Shown: positions 1 through 10,233, numbered from the stretch's first letter. The stretch: 32,000 bases of DNA from Desulfobulbus propionicus DSM 2032 (GCF_000186885.1 NC_014972.1:1290001-1322000); one strand, 5' to 3'. The notes: generated from the sequence alone by a model not told the origin. Program-made: numbers and translations.

Positions 1-1974
1 GCTGTACAGCACCTGCATGTCGTCCAGGGTGGCGATGGACACGCCCGAATTGCCGATCTTGCCGTAGATGTCCGGCCGCTCGTCCGGGTCGCAGCCATAC
101 AGGGTCACCGAGTCAAAGGCGGTGGACAGGCGGATGGCCGGCATGCCCTCGCTGACCTGCTTGAAGCGGCGGTTGGTGCGGAAGGGGTCGCCCTCGCCGG
201 CGAACATCCGCGTCGGGTCCTCGTTTTCCCGCTTGAACGGAAAGACGCCGGCGGTGAAGGGAAACAGGCCGGGCACGTTTTCTTTCATCAGAAAGCGGAG
301 GATTTCGCCTTCGTCCCGGTAGCGCGGCAGGTAGACCTTGCGAATGGTCGAGCCGGAAAGGGAGGTCCGGGTCAGTTTGGTGCGGATCTCCCGGTCGCGG
401 ACCCGGATTACATGCTCCTCGCCGCCATACTGCCGGACCAACTCGGGCCAACCGTCGAGCAGCTTCTTGGCGTGAGGATCAATTTCACCTTCTTTCCTGT
501 CAAGCAATTCGTCGAAACTGGTCACCGGTTTGCCGCAGGTCCCGAACAGATCCTTGGCCATGGCGAGAGCCTGGCGTTCGCGCACCTTCTTGGCCTGGCT
601 ATCGACATGCGCATGGTAGTGGCGGACACAGTCGGCGATTTCGGCCAGATAGCGGGTCCGTTCTGCCGGAACGATGGCCCGGTCGTCGGAGGCCTTGGGC
701 ACGGCGATGTGGGGGAGTTTTCCGGACTTCAGCGCAAGGCCCAGTTCCTGCAAGGCCGGCAGCATGGCCTGGTAGAGGGCGGTGACGCCCTCGTCGTTGA
801 AGCGGGCGGCAATGGTGGGAAAGACCGGCATCTGCTCGGCCGGGGTGGCGAATGCCTCGTGGTTGCGCTGATACTGCTTGCGCACGTCGCGCAGGGCATC
901 CGCAGCCCCGCTGCGGTCGAACTTGTTGATGGCCACGAAGTGGGCGAAATCGAGCATGTCGATCTTCTCCAACTGCGAGGCAGCCCCAAATTCCGGGGTC
1001 ATCACATAGAGCGAGACATCGACATGGGGGACGATGGCGGCATTGCCCTGGCCGATGCCCGAGGTCTCGACGATGATCAGGTCGAATCCGGACAATTTGC
1101 AGGCCGCGATCACCTCGGGTAGGGCGGCGGAGATCTCCGAGCCGGTGTCGCGAGTGGCCAGCGAGCGCATGTAGATGTTTTCGTGCTCGATGGCGTTCAT
1201 GCGGATGCGGTCGCCGAGCAGGGCGCCGCCGGTACGCTTGCGTGAGGGATCGATGCTGATGATCGCCAGTTTCAGGCGGTCGTCCTGATCGAGGCGGAAG
1301 CGCCGCACCAGCTCATCGGTGAGCGAGGACTTGCCGGCGCCGCCGGTGCCGGTGATGCCGAGCACCGGGATGGTCCGTCCGGCCGCTTGTTCCCGGATTG
1401 CCTGGGTGAGTGCCGCCGAGGCCTCGCCGTTTTCCAGCACAGTGATCAGCCGGGCGAGCAGCCGCCGGTTGCCGGCTTGGAGTTGGTCAAGCAGCCCAGC
1501 TTCATCCGCGGGCAGCGGCGGCAGGTCGACATCTGCCAGCCGCACCACCTCGTTGATCATCCCCTGCAACCCCATCCGCTGGCCGTCCTCCGGGGTGTAG
1601 ATCCGGCTCACGCCGTAGGCGTGCAGTTCCTCCAGTTCCGCCGCCACGATCACGCCGCCGCCGCCGCCGAACACCCGGATGTTGTCGCCGCCGCCCGCTT
1701 TCAGCAAATCGATCATGTATTTGAAAAACTCGACATGGCCGCCTTGGTAGGAGGTGACTGCGATGCCGTGCACGTCCTCCTGGAGAGCGGCGGTGACGAT
1801 CTCCCGCACCGAACGGTTATGGCCCAGGTGGATGACCTCCACCCCGGTGGCCTGGAGAATGCGGCGCATGATGTTGATGGTGGCGTCGTGGCCGTCGAAC
1901 AGCGAGGCGGCGGTGACGAAACGGACCTTGTGGGTGGGGATGTCGTGCGCGGTGTGACCGGCGGGGAGGGGCAT
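1..1974 (-). CDS. icmF: Fused isobutyryl-CoA mutase IcmF, N-terminal portion (B12-binding domain + MeaB-like GTPase + start of mutase domain); continues beyond the left window edge
   Basis: Manual minus-strand translation from ATG at 1974 is open to the window edge: VTAASLFDGHDATINIMRRILQATG (cobalamin-binding), YTPEDGQRMGLQGMINEVV, then P-loop GITGTGGAGKSSLTDEL, then the mutase-domain start. Not in the supplied ORF track because it crosses the edge. Confidence 0.88.
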   Translation of the reverse strand, partial: MPLPAGHTAHDIPTHKVRFVTAASLFDGHDATINIMRRILQATGVEVIHLGHNRSVREIVTAALQEDVHGIAVTSYQGGHVEFFKYMIDLLKAGGGDNIRVFGGGGGVIVAAELEELHAYGVSRIYTPEDGQRMGLQGMINEVVRLADVDLPPLPADEAGLLDQLQAGNRRLLARLITVLENGEASAALTQAIREQAAGRTIPVLGITGTGGAGKSSLTDELVRRFRLDQDDRLKLAIISIDPSRKRTGGALLGDRIRMNAIEHENIYMRSLATRDTGSEISAALPEVIAACKLSGFDLIIVETSGIGQGNAAIVPHVDVSLYVMTPEFGAASQLEKIDMLDFAHFVAINKFDRSGAADALRDVRKQYQRNHEAFATPAEQMPVFPTIAARFNDEGVTALYQAMLPALQELGLALKSGKLPHIAVPKASDDRAIVPAERTRYLAEIADCVRHYHAHVDSQAKKVRERQALAMAKDLFGTCGKPVTSFDELLDRKEGEIDPHAKKLLDGWPELVRQYGGEEHVIRVRDREIRTKLTRTSLSGSTIRKVYLPRYRDEGEILRFLMKENVPGLFPFTAGVFPFKRENEDPTRMFAGEGDPFRTNRRFKQVSEGMPAIRLSTAFDSVTLYGCDPDERPDIYGKIGNSGVSIATLDDMQVLYS

Positions 1975-2067
1975 GGTGGATCTCCTTGTACAGGTTGAGG
2001 GGGTATCGGCTGGCAAAATGTCCGCCGACAGATCGACCAAACTTCAGGGAGAACACAAGAAAGTGGG

Positions 2068-3076
2068 GTGAGAGTAAAATACCCCGCTGAAATGAGCAAA
2101 ACAAATCGTATGGATTCGTGCGGAAAATTAAGCGGTTCTCTGGTAGGATACCGCCGGTGGCGGCTCGGTTGGACCGAACCGCGTCAACGGCTGGGCGAGA
2201 CACGAAGAGCGAGGACAACGGTGGCTAGCAACGGCAATCAACAGAATAACGGCGAAACGGTCCGGCTGACCCTGCCCGCAGCGTTTTCCGGCCTCCAGGT
2301 ACTGCACGCCCGCTTTCGCCGCCAGACCTTTCCCCGCCACAGTCACGAGGGCTATGGCGTCGGGGTGATCGAAGCGGGCGCGCTCGGTTTTTCCTACCGG
2401 GGCGAGAATCTGGTGGCCCCGGCCGGCCGGATCAACACGGTCAATCCCGGCGAGGTCCATACTGGCCAGGCTGCGGCCGACCAGGGCTGGACCTACCGGA
2501 TGTTGTATTTGTCGGCCGCGTGTGTCGAGCGGATGGCCGAGGCGGATCGCCGATCATCCATTACCCCTGCCGCTGCTGACCCGGGGCGTGATCGACGATC
2601 CCGAGCTGGCCGGCTTGCTCCGGCACGCCCATGTCCTCCTTGGCGATGGGCACGCGGCGCGGCTTGCACAGGAAACCGCGCTGCTGAACGTATTGGCCCT
2701 CCTGCTGGCCCGCCACACCTACGAGCCTCCGGCCATGGCGGCCGCCGGTGCGGAACCGGAGGCGGTCCGGCGGGTGATCGACTATCTCGACGCCCATTGC
2801 GGCGAAGATCTGGGCATCGATACCCTGGCCGGTGTGGCCTGCCTCAGCCCCTATCATTTCATCCGCGTCTTTGCCCGCCACACCGGCCTGACTCCCCACG
2901 CCTGGCTGATGCAGCATCGCGCCCGCAAGGCGCGGCAACTGCTCGGGCAGGGCGTGGCCATTGCCGATGTGGCCGCCCAAACCGGTTTTGCCGACCAGAG
3001 CCACCTCACCAAGACCTTCAAGCGATTCTTCGGTTATACCCCGGGCCAATTACGCAATTGCGTACAAGACGCCTGA
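2068..3076 (+). pseudogene. AraC-family transcriptional regulator (cupin-type sensor + HTH) split by an apparent 1-nt frameshift near 2544
   Basis: Frame 1 (ORF 2068..3138) carries the sensor part ...FPRHSHEGYGVGVIEAG...NTVNPGEVHTG...CVERMAEA; frame 2 (ORF 2522..3076) carries IADHPLPLPLL...CLSPYHFIRVFARHTGLTPHAWLMQHRARKARQLL...GFADQSHLTKTFKRFFGYTPGQ. Removing one G from the GG at 2544-2545 joins them as MAEAIADHPLPLPLL. True start may lie downstream of 2068. Confidence 0.8.
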
Positions 3077-3134
3077 GGCCGGGAACGGTACATTCTCCCG
3101 CCAACTGTCCACAATCAACCTGGAGGGAGACCAC

Positions 3135-3953
3135 ATGACCAACTATGTGCACGGCTATTCGTCCGAGGAGGCGAAGCGGCTCAAGGATCAGGCCACGACC
3201 CTGGCCGAGATGCTCTACGGCGATCTCCGTTACCCGGAGGGCGCGCTGGTATTGGAGGCCGGGTGCGGCACCGGCTGCCAGACGGTACATCTTGCCGGGG
3301 CCAACCCGCAGACCCGGTTCGTGGCGCTGGATCGGGCCGCCGACTCGTTGCGTATCGCCCAGCAGGCTGTGTTCGCCCATGGGCTGAGCAACGTGTGTTT
3401 TGAACGGGGTGATCTCCTGACGCCACCCTTTGCCGCGCAAAGCTTTGACCACGTCTTTGTCTGCTTCGTGCTCGAACACCTCGCCGATCCCGCGGCCGCG
3501 CTGCAAGCCCTGCGGCGGCTGCTCAAGCCAGGCGGCACGATCACGGTGATCGAGGGCGATCACGGTTCCTTTTACTGCCATCCGGAAACGGCTCGGGCCC
3601 GGCGGACGGTCGCGTGTTTGGTGCGGCTCCAGGCCGCGCTGGGCGGCGACAGCCTGATCGGTCGCCGGCTCCACCCTCTCCTGGATTCGGCGGGCTTTGC
3701 CGAGGTGCGGGTCGAGCCGCGCATGGTTTATGTCGACGGTTCCCGGCCGGCGTTGATCGAAGGGTTTGCCCGCAACACCTTCATCGCCATGGTTCGCGGC
3801 GTGCGCCGGCAGGCCATCGCCGGCGGCCTGATCGACGCGGCCGACTGGGATGCGGGCGTCCGCGACCTGGAACGGGCCGCCACCCGGGACGGCACCTTTT
3901 GCTACACCTTTTTCCGGGCACAGGCCCGCCGGGAGCACCTATTCGGCGGTTGA
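3135..3953 (+). CDS. Class I SAM-dependent methyltransferase
   Basis: MTNYVHGYSSEEAKRLKDQATTLAEMLYGD...ALVLEAGCGTGCQTVHLA, ...SFDHVFVCFVLEHLADPAAAL; GGAGG upstream of ATG at 3135. Confidence 0.85.
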   Translation: MTNYVHGYSSEEAKRLKDQATTLAEMLYGDLRYPEGALVLEAGCGTGCQTVHLAGANPQTRFVALDRAADSLRIAQQAVFAHGLSNVCFERGDLLTPPFAAQSFDHVFVCFVLEHLADPAAALQALRRLLKPGGTITVIEGDHGSFYCHPETARARRTVACLVRLQAALGGDSLIGRRLHPLLDSAGFAEVRVEPRMVYVDGSRPALIEGFARNTFIAMVRGVRRQAIAGGLIDAADWDAGVRDLERAATRDGTFCYTFFRAQARREHLFGG

Positions 3954-4056
3954 CGAATCCATCGGAACAGTGTCTTCTCGGCGAGCGCGCTGATTGTTGA
4001 GGCTACTGTTTCCGCTTGCCGGAAAAACCGTTTCCGCACCACCACCCGACACTGCC

Positions 4057-5121
4057 ATGTTCCGTTTCGTCTGCCTGCTGTTCTTTCTTGGCCCGCTGCT
4101 CCTTCTTGCCTGCACCCCAAGTTATTATCGCGGCCCGGCTTCCGATCATTTCGACGGCCAGCGATTCTCCAACCCCGGCAAGCCGATGCACAAAACCTTT
4201 TTTCAGGTGCTCAAATGGTACGCCACCCGCGAGCGCCAACCCTGGCCCGAGTACAGCTCCCTGCCGTTCACCGACCATCCGCCCCCGCGGGTGGCGGGCA
4301 ACGGGCTGCGGGTCGGTTTTGTCGGCCATGTGACCCTGCTCATCCAGACCCAGGGGCTCAACATCCTCACCGATCCGGTCTGGTCGGAGCGGGCCAGCCC
4401 CTTCACCTGGATCGGCCCCAAACGGGTCCATCCGCCGGGCATCCGCTTCGAGGACCTGCCGCCGATCGACCTGGTGCTGATCAGCCACAACCACTACGAC
4501 CACCTCGATCTGGCGACCATCGAACGGCTGTGGCAGCGCGACCGGCCCCGGATCATTGTTCCGCTCGGCAACGATACCCTTATCCGGCAACGGCTCCCCG
4601 GGGCATCGGTGGAGGCCCGCGACTGGGGCCAGCAGGTGGTGATTTCCCCCGCGTTGACCGTACATCTCGAACCCATGCACCACTGGTCGGCGCGCAGCCC
4701 CTGGGACCGCAACCGCGCCCTCTGGGCCGCCTTTGTCCTCGCCACTCCCGGCGGCAACCTCTATTTCGTTGGGGACAGCGGCTACGGCGATGGCGACAAT
4801 TTTCGTGCCGCGCGCAACAAATACGGTTCGTTTCGCCTGGCGGTGCTGCCTATTGGTTCCTACGATCCCCGCTGGTTCATGGCCTCGCATCACATGAATC
4901 CGGCCGAGGCGGTCCAGGCCTTTGTCGATCTCGGCCGGCCGCCCATGCTGTCCACCCATTACCGGACCTTTCAGTTGGCGGACACCGCCTACGCGACGCC
5001 GCTGCACGATCTGCGGGCAGCGATGCAGAGCGCGGCCGTGCCCGAAGACCGCATCCGGCCGCTCATGGCCGGCGAGCATTGGTGGGTGGCGGAAGCCGTG
5101 CCCGTCGAGGACGGTGACTGA
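4057..5121 (+). CDS. MBL-fold metallohydrolase, NAPE-PLD/UlaG-like, predicted lipoprotein
   Basis: Signal peptide plus lipobox-like LLLLACTPS; metal motif SHNHYDHLD; VGHVTLLIQTQGLNILTDPVWSER; MEPMHHWSAR. Confidence 0.82.
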   Translation: MFRFVCLLFFLGPLLLLACTPSYYRGPASDHFDGQRFSNPGKPMHKTFFQVLKWYATRERQPWPEYSSLPFTDHPPPRVAGNGLRVGFVGHVTLLIQTQGLNILTDPVWSERASPFTWIGPKRVHPPGIRFEDLPPIDLVLISHNHYDHLDLATIERLWQRDRPRIIVPLGNDTLIRQRLPGASVEARDWGQQVVISPALTVHLEPMHHWSARSPWDRNRALWAAFVLATPGGNLYFVGDSGYGDGDNFRAARNKYGSFRLAVLPIGSYDPRWFMASHHMNPAEAVQAFVDLGRPPMLSTHYRTFQLADTAYATPLHDLRAAMQSAAVPEDRIRPLMAGEHWWVAEAVPVEDGD

Positions 5122-5179
5122 ACGCACCGGAAAAAAGGGGACTGGTGCGGGGATGGAAGGGAATGCGGGGGGAGCGCGG

Positions 5180-5557
5180 TCAGCGGCGGCGCTGTTTCCG
5201 TTGGGCCCGGCGGATGGCGTCGATCAGCACGCCCAGCTCGACGGGCTGGGGCAGGAGATCGAAAACGCCGTTTGCAAGACTGTTCATCGCCGCCAGGGTC
5301 GCGCCTTTGCCGGCGAGGACAATGATCTTCAGCTCGGGATGCCGGGTTCTGATCCATCCGAGGAGGTTCAGCCCCTCGCGGTTCCCGGCTTCGAGACCCA
5401 AAACCACCACCTCGGGGCGGGAGTGTTCAAGCCAGTCCATGGCGTCGGCGCAGCTGTTGACGGCCGTGGCCGCAAAGCCCCAGGAATTGAGTCGATCGGT
5501 GAGGATGGAGGTGAACTCTGCCTCCGGGTCGATGATGAGGATGCTGATGGCGGTCAC
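5180..5557 (-). CDS. Response regulator receiver-domain protein (probable GTG start at 5557 inside ORF 5180..5746)
   Basis: VTAISILIIDPEAEFTSILTDRLNSWGF...VVVLGLEAGNREGLNLLGWIRTRHPELKIIVLAGKG...FDLLPQPVELGVLIDAI; receiver fold, with the usual phospho-Asp region reading VVVLGLEAG. Confidence 0.65.
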   Translation of the reverse strand: MTAISILIIDPEAEFTSILTDRLNSWGFAATAVNSCADAMDWLEHSRPEVVVLGLEAGNREGLNLLGWIRTRHPELKIIVLAGKGATLAAMNSLANGVFDLLPQPVELGVLIDAIRRAQRKQRRR

Positions 5558-5634
5558 GGTCAGGTGTCGATTGCGCGCCAAACCGGCGAAGCGCGGCGTG
5601 CAGTTGCGCTGGCGGTTCGTGCTGCGGGCTTGGT

Positions 5635-5970
5635 TCACTTGCTCATGGGCAGGATGGTTCCCGCCTCGAGTTGGCCGGCGATGGCCCGTTGCATGGCCAG
5701 AACGTGGGCGCCGATGATGTTGTCGAGGACCTCGATTTTCTTCCACTGGAAAAATTTGTGCAGGTTATCCTCGATTCCGCCGCAGATGACGCAGGTGATC
5801 CCTTCCTTGACCACCAGGTCGCAGAGGTCCTCCGCGCTTTTGCGCGGCAGGATGAGGTAACGCGGTTCGCCCCGCAGCCGGGAACGGTCGTATTCGGCGA
5901 TGACCACCTCGGTGGTGAGGTCGAACCGCGGCGCCACCTGGTCATCCTGCACGGTTATCAACAGTTTCAT
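5635..5970 (-). CDS. NifX/NifB-like dinitrogenase iron-molybdenum cofactor family protein
   Basis: MKLLITVQDDQVAPRFDLTTEVVIAEYD...VVKEGITCVICGGIEDNLHKFFQWKKIEVLDNIIGAHVLAM; ATG at 5970. Confidence 0.72.
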   Translation of the reverse strand: MKLLITVQDDQVAPRFDLTTEVVIAEYDRSRLRGEPRYLILPRKSAEDLCDLVVKEGITCVICGGIEDNLHKFFQWKKIEVLDNIIGAHVLAMQRAIAGQLEAGTILPMSK

Positions 5971-6056
5971 GCGATTCTCTTGCCGGTCATTGCTGTTCAG
6001 GGCGGGGAGGGCCTCCCCCCTCCCGATGCTGTCGGGGAGAGAGGAGGCCAGGGGGA

Positions 6057-7337
6057 TCAGTGGAACATGTTGTACTGCACGATATAGCAGACAATGCCTG
6101 CAAAATAGCCAAGCAGGGCCAGCGGTCCGATACGGCGGGCATACCAGAAGAATTCGATCTTCTCCAGGCCCATGGCGGCCACGCCGGCGGCCGAGCCGAT
6201 GATCAGGATGGAACCGCCGGTTCCGGCGCAGTAGGCCATGAACTCCCAGATAAAGGAGTCGGTGGGGAACTGGGCCAGGGGGTACATACCCATGGAGGCG
6301 GCCACCAGCGGGATGTTGTCGACCACCGCCGAGACCAGGCCAATGATGATGACGATGATCGACTGGTTGCCGATCATCGAATCCAGCCATTTGGCCAAGG
6401 CCGGGAGCATGCCGTTGGCCGACAGGGTGGCCACGGCCAGCAGGATACCGATGAAGAACACCGCCGAGGCCATGTCAATCCGGCGCAGGGCCTGGGTCAG
6501 GCGCAGATGCTCTCGTTCTTCCTCCGGTTTGTTGCGGTGGAGGATGTTGCCCACCAACCAGAGAACACCGAGAGAGAGCAGGATACCCAGGTACGGCGGC
6601 AGATGGGTGACCGCCTTGAAAATGGGCACAAAAATCAGGCTGCCCACGCCCATGAAGAACATCAGATTTTTCTCGAATTGACTGGTGGTTGAATTGCCGT
6701 TCGTTACCTGATCCGGCGGCACCACATTACCCTTGAGGAAAAAAGAGGCAAGGGCCACCGGAATGATCATGTTGACCAGGGAGGGGATGATCAGTCCTTG
6801 CATGATGTTGCCGGTGGTGATTTGGCCGCCGATCCACAGCATGGTGGTGGTGACGTCGCCGATCGGCGTCCAGGCGCCGCCGGCATTGGCGGCGATGACG
6901 ATGATCCCGGCAAAGAACAACCGCTGCTTGTGGTCCTTGAGGATCCGTTTCATCAGGGCCACCATGACGATGGTGGTGGTCATGTTGTCGAGGATCGAGG
7001 AGAGGAAAAAGGCGATGAAACCGATGATCCACAGCAGGCTGGAAAGTTTGGTGGCCTTGATCCGGCTGGTGATGACCTCGAAGCCGCCGTGGCTGTCGGT
7101 GACCTCGACGATGGTCATGGCACCGATGAGAAAGAAGACGATGGCCGCGGTTTCGGCCAGCTTTTCGGTCAACTGCTCGATAACGCCATGCACGCCCAGG
7201 GGGCTGGCGAACGAGTAGAGGGTCCACATCACGCCGGCGGCGATCAGGGCCACGGCGGATTTATTGATTTTCAGGGGGTGCTCCAACGCGATACTCGCGT
7301 AGGCCAGCACAAAGACTACGGCAACAAGGGACATCAT
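6057..7337 (-). CDS. nhaD: NhaD-type Na+/H+ antiporter
   Basis: 426-aa hydrophobic protein: FFLSSILDNMTTTIVMVALMKRI, NAGGAWTPIGDVTTTMLWIGGQI, AVVDNIPLVAASMGMYPL, YCAGTGGSILIIGSAAGVAAMG, matching NhaD/ArsB-type hallmarks. Confidence 0.87.
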   Translation of the reverse strand: MMSLVAVVFVLAYASIALEHPLKINKSAVALIAAGVMWTLYSFASPLGVHGVIEQLTEKLAETAAIVFFLIGAMTIVEVTDSHGGFEVITSRIKATKLSSLLWIIGFIAFFLSSILDNMTTTIVMVALMKRILKDHKQRLFFAGIIVIAANAGGAWTPIGDVTTTMLWIGGQITTGNIMQGLIIPSLVNMIIPVALASFFLKGNVVPPDQVTNGNSTTSQFEKNLMFFMGVGSLIFVPIFKAVTHLPPYLGILLSLGVLWLVGNILHRNKPEEEREHLRLTQALRRIDMASAVFFIGILLAVATLSANGMLPALAKWLDSMIGNQSIIVIIIGLVSAVVDNIPLVAASMGMYPLAQFPTDSFIWEFMAYCAGTGGSILIIGSAAGVAAMGLEKIEFFWYARRIGPLALLGYFAGIVCYIVQYNMFH

Positions 7338-7493
7338 GGGATGCGCACTCCTTTTATGACTGCCCGGCAGTCGTGAAATTCATTGGATGGAAGGCAGGGC
7401 CAGCGGTTCGATGCGCCGGAGGCGAGCCGCCGTTGCCGGCGGCCCGCGTTGTCCGGCCGCGGCCCTCCCGTGAACAGGTTTGGGGTTCTGGGG

Positions 7494-8978
7494 TTATTGC
7501 GCCGCGGCGAACACCTCCATGCCCATCATCGGCCAGACAAAGGCCACGAATCCCCACAGCACCACCATCAGGATGAGGCTGGCCATGACGCCGTACTTGA
7601 GGAACTCGCCGGTGGTGAATTGCTTGGAGTTGTAGGCAATGGCGTTGGGGGCCGCGCCGATCAGAAGGATGAACGGCATGCCGGCGGTGGCCAGGGCCGA
7701 GAAGAGGATGACCTGCGGGCCAACCCCCAGATAGGGAGCGATGACCAGGGCCACCGGCAGGCTGATGGCGATCGCCGCCACGTTCATGATGAAGTTGGTC
7801 ATGACGAGGACAAAGAAGGCCATGCCGAGAATGAAGACCACGGCCGGGGCCTGCTGGAACAGGACCAGCCAGTTGACCGCCAGCCACTTGGCCGCGCCGG
7901 TCTGCCACAGACAGAAACCAATGGACATGGCGCCGGCAAAGAGCAGGACGATGTTCCAGGGGATCTCTTCCAGGTCCTCGATGTTGAGGATGTTGAACAC
8001 GAAGAAGGCGATGGTCGAACAGAGGAGGATGCCGGTCTTGTCAAGGACGTCCAGGGCCGGCAGCAGACTCTTGAGCGCGATCATGACCACGGCGATGCAA
8101 ATGATGATCGCGGCCGTGATTTCGTTGCGGGTCATGCCGCCCAGCTCCTTGTACATGCGGGTGGCTTTTTCCTTCAACCCCGGGATGCGGTCTTTTTCCG
8201 GTTTGAGAAAGACCATGAAGAAGCCCCAAAGGATAAAGGTCATGATCCAGCCCAAGGGCGCCATGTAATAGGTCAGGTCCATGGGGGTCAGTTCCATGCC
8301 GGTCATGTCCTTGTAGAAGGCCAGGGCCACGGCGGCGCGGGCCGAACCGAGCAGGGTGATGATCGAACCGGCGCCGGCCACATAGGCCATGCCGATGAAC
8401 ATCGCCTTGCCGAACTTGGTCGGCTTGGTGTCGGTGGTGTACATGGCGTAAATGGCCATCAACAGCGGAAACATGGTGGCGGCCACCGCGGTATGGGCCA
8501 TGACGTGGGTCAGGGCCACGGTCATGAGGAAGCAGCCGAGCATAATAAGAGAAGTCTTCTCGCCGATGATGGAGAGCATCTTGTAGGCGATCCGGCGGGT
8601 GAGCCCGGTCTTGGTGAACACCATGCCGATGACCACCGAGCCAAAGATGAACAGCACCGAGGGGTCCATGAAGTCCTTGAAGGCCTCGGCTGGTTTGCGG
8701 ATGAGGAACAAGGCTTGCAAGGTGCCGATCAACAGGCTGGTGACGCCGATCGGCACCACCTCGAAGATCCACCAGGTGGCGGCCACGGCAAACACCGCCA
8801 GCGCGCCCTTGGCCTGCTTGGTGAGGACGAAATGCTCGCCCTTGGGATCAATGGCGTCCGGCCAGGCGGGGCAGTAATAGATAATGGCGAACAGGGCCAG
8901 GCCGAGGAGCAGGAACAGAGCGCGCTTCCAGTCGAACGGCGTCTTGGTCTCCGGAAGTTCTTGTACGGTTGCGGACAT
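7494..8978 (-). CDS. SLC13/DASS-family Na+-coupled anion symporter
   Basis: 494-aa membrane protein: VVPIGVTSLLIGTLQAL, FGSVVIGMVFTKTGLTRRIAYKML, AMSIGFCLWQTGAAKWLA, LPVALVIAPYLGVGPQVILFSALATAGMPFILLIGAAPNAIAYNSKQFTTGEFLKYG. Confidence 0.87.
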   Translation of the reverse strand: MSATVQELPETKTPFDWKRALFLLLGLALFAIIYYCPAWPDAIDPKGEHFVLTKQAKGALAVFAVAATWWIFEVVPIGVTSLLIGTLQALFLIRKPAEAFKDFMDPSVLFIFGSVVIGMVFTKTGLTRRIAYKMLSIIGEKTSLIMLGCFLMTVALTHVMAHTAVAATMFPLLMAIYAMYTTDTKPTKFGKAMFIGMAYVAGAGSIITLLGSARAAVALAFYKDMTGMELTPMDLTYYMAPLGWIMTFILWGFFMVFLKPEKDRIPGLKEKATRMYKELGGMTRNEITAAIIICIAVVMIALKSLLPALDVLDKTGILLCSTIAFFVFNILNIEDLEEIPWNIVLLFAGAMSIGFCLWQTGAAKWLAVNWLVLFQQAPAVVFILGMAFFVLVMTNFIMNVAAIAISLPVALVIAPYLGVGPQVILFSALATAGMPFILLIGAAPNAIAYNSKQFTTGEFLKYGVMASLILMVVLWGFVAFVWPMMGMEVFAAAQ

Positions 8979-9015
8979 GTCGATACCTTTTATCGAGAGA
9001 TTGCGATTGAAAGAC

Positions 9016-9534
9016 TCACAGCGAACAGCTGGAGGCCAGGTTTTTGAACAGATCGATCAGCCGGATGACGCCGATCACCGCATTGCCTTCCACCACCGGC
9101 AGGCAGTTCTGGTTTTCGGTCATCATGATCTCGGCGGCATGGAGCGGATGCGTGTCGGCCTTGATCGACTTGAGCGGCGGGGTCATGTACTGGCTGACCG
9201 GCAACGCTCCCTGGCGCTTGCACTCGGTCTGGAAGCTGTCCTCGAGCAGGATGGCCAGGTCGGTGAACTTCTCCTGCTTGCCGGCGAAGATCGGCTTCTG
9301 GCCGCCGTCGAACAGGGTCGGGAAATAACAGGTGAGGATGGAGCGGATGGTCAGGCGGCCGACGTATTGGTTCTGGCTGTTGACCACCAGCAATTCGTCA
9401 TACAGCAGCTTGCCGGAACCGTTGACGGTGTGGGAAAAGAGCTGGGCCACGGCGCTGTGCACCGGTTCCTCGCTGCTCAGGTGGGGAAATGCGTCCAGGG
9501 GGACGATCAGGTCTTTGACAACTGTGTTGCTCAT
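9016..9534 (-). CDS. CBS-domain protein
   Basis: LTIRSILTCYFP...LPVSQYMTPPLKSIKADTHPLHAAEIMMTENQNCLPVVEGNAVIGVIRLIDLFKNLA, a typical CBS motif. Confidence 0.8.
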   Translation of the reverse strand: MSNTVVKDLIVPLDAFPHLSSEEPVHSAVAQLFSHTVNGSGKLLYDELLVVNSQNQYVGRLTIRSILTCYFPTLFDGGQKPIFAGKQEKFTDLAILLEDSFQTECKRQGALPVSQYMTPPLKSIKADTHPLHAAEIMMTENQNCLPVVEGNAVIGVIRLIDLFKNLASSCSL

Positions 9535-9567
9535 GCCGTTCTCCTTGTGCGGTATAGGGCCGGTGGC

Positions 9568-10041
9568 TTACCAGCTCTTGCTCTTGATGATCTTGCGCAG
9601 CTCTTCCTGGGACTGCTTCTGCAGCACCAGCATTTTCTTGCTCTTGGCCTCGCCGATCTTGTCCATCAGCTCGCTCAGTTCCACCGGCTTCTGGAGGAAA
9701 TCGCCGGCGCCGAGCTTCATCGCCTCCACCCCGCTTTGCACCGAGGCCTGGCCGGTGAGCATGATGATCTCGGCGTTGGGATTGTCGGCCTTGATCCGTT
9801 TGAGGGTTTCCAGGCCGTCGATGCCGGGCATGGCCAGATCGACGATGATGGCGTCGTAGTCCTGCTGCTTGGCCTCGGTCACCGCCTGCTCGCCGCTGGT
9901 CACGGCGCTGACCTTGAGGCCCCGCATCTCCAGGCGGCTGGACAGCGTTTCAAGAAAATCCTGCTCGTCGTCCACCAGCAGAACCTTGGCCTCCATTTCC
10001 TTTTCCATATCCTTCTCCTTTGCGGTGCTGTTCACAATCAA
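9568..10041 (-). CDS. Response regulator (receiver domain)
   Basis: AKVLLVDDEQDFLETLSSRLEMRGLKVSAV...YDAIIVDLAMPGIDGLETLKRIKADNPNAEIIMLTGQASVQSGVEAMKLGAGDFLQKPVEL. Confidence 0.92.
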   Translation of the reverse strand: MIVNSTAKEKDMEKEMEAKVLLVDDEQDFLETLSSRLEMRGLKVSAVTSGEQAVTEAKQQDYDAIIVDLAMPGIDGLETLKRIKADNPNAEIIMLTGQASVQSGVEAMKLGAGDFLQKPVELSELMDKIGEAKSKKMLVLQKQSQEELRKIIKSKSW

Positions 10042-10233
10042 TGGGTCCGCTTCCGCCGATGTCCCGATGGCATGGGCTTGTCCGGGGCATGAACAAAAGC
10101 GTCGGTTTCAGGTTTTGGGGGTAAGCAGGAGGCGTGCCAGCACCGATATTTTTAATTTTTAAACTGTAACTAACAGTATTTTTGATTTTTTAAATAAATA
10201 TTAGTGGAACAGGGGAGAAGTCCCGGGTTGAAA

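Noticed and set aside
7383-9047. 554-aa plus-strand ORF, His/Asp/Gly-rich
   Set aside because: Antisense to the SLC13 permease; the complement of hydrophobic codons produces the charged composition.
10069-10083. TGGCATGGGCTTGTC as a possible sigma-54 promoter
   Set aside because: GG/GC spacing is one base short of consensus and it points away from the minus-strand receiver gene.
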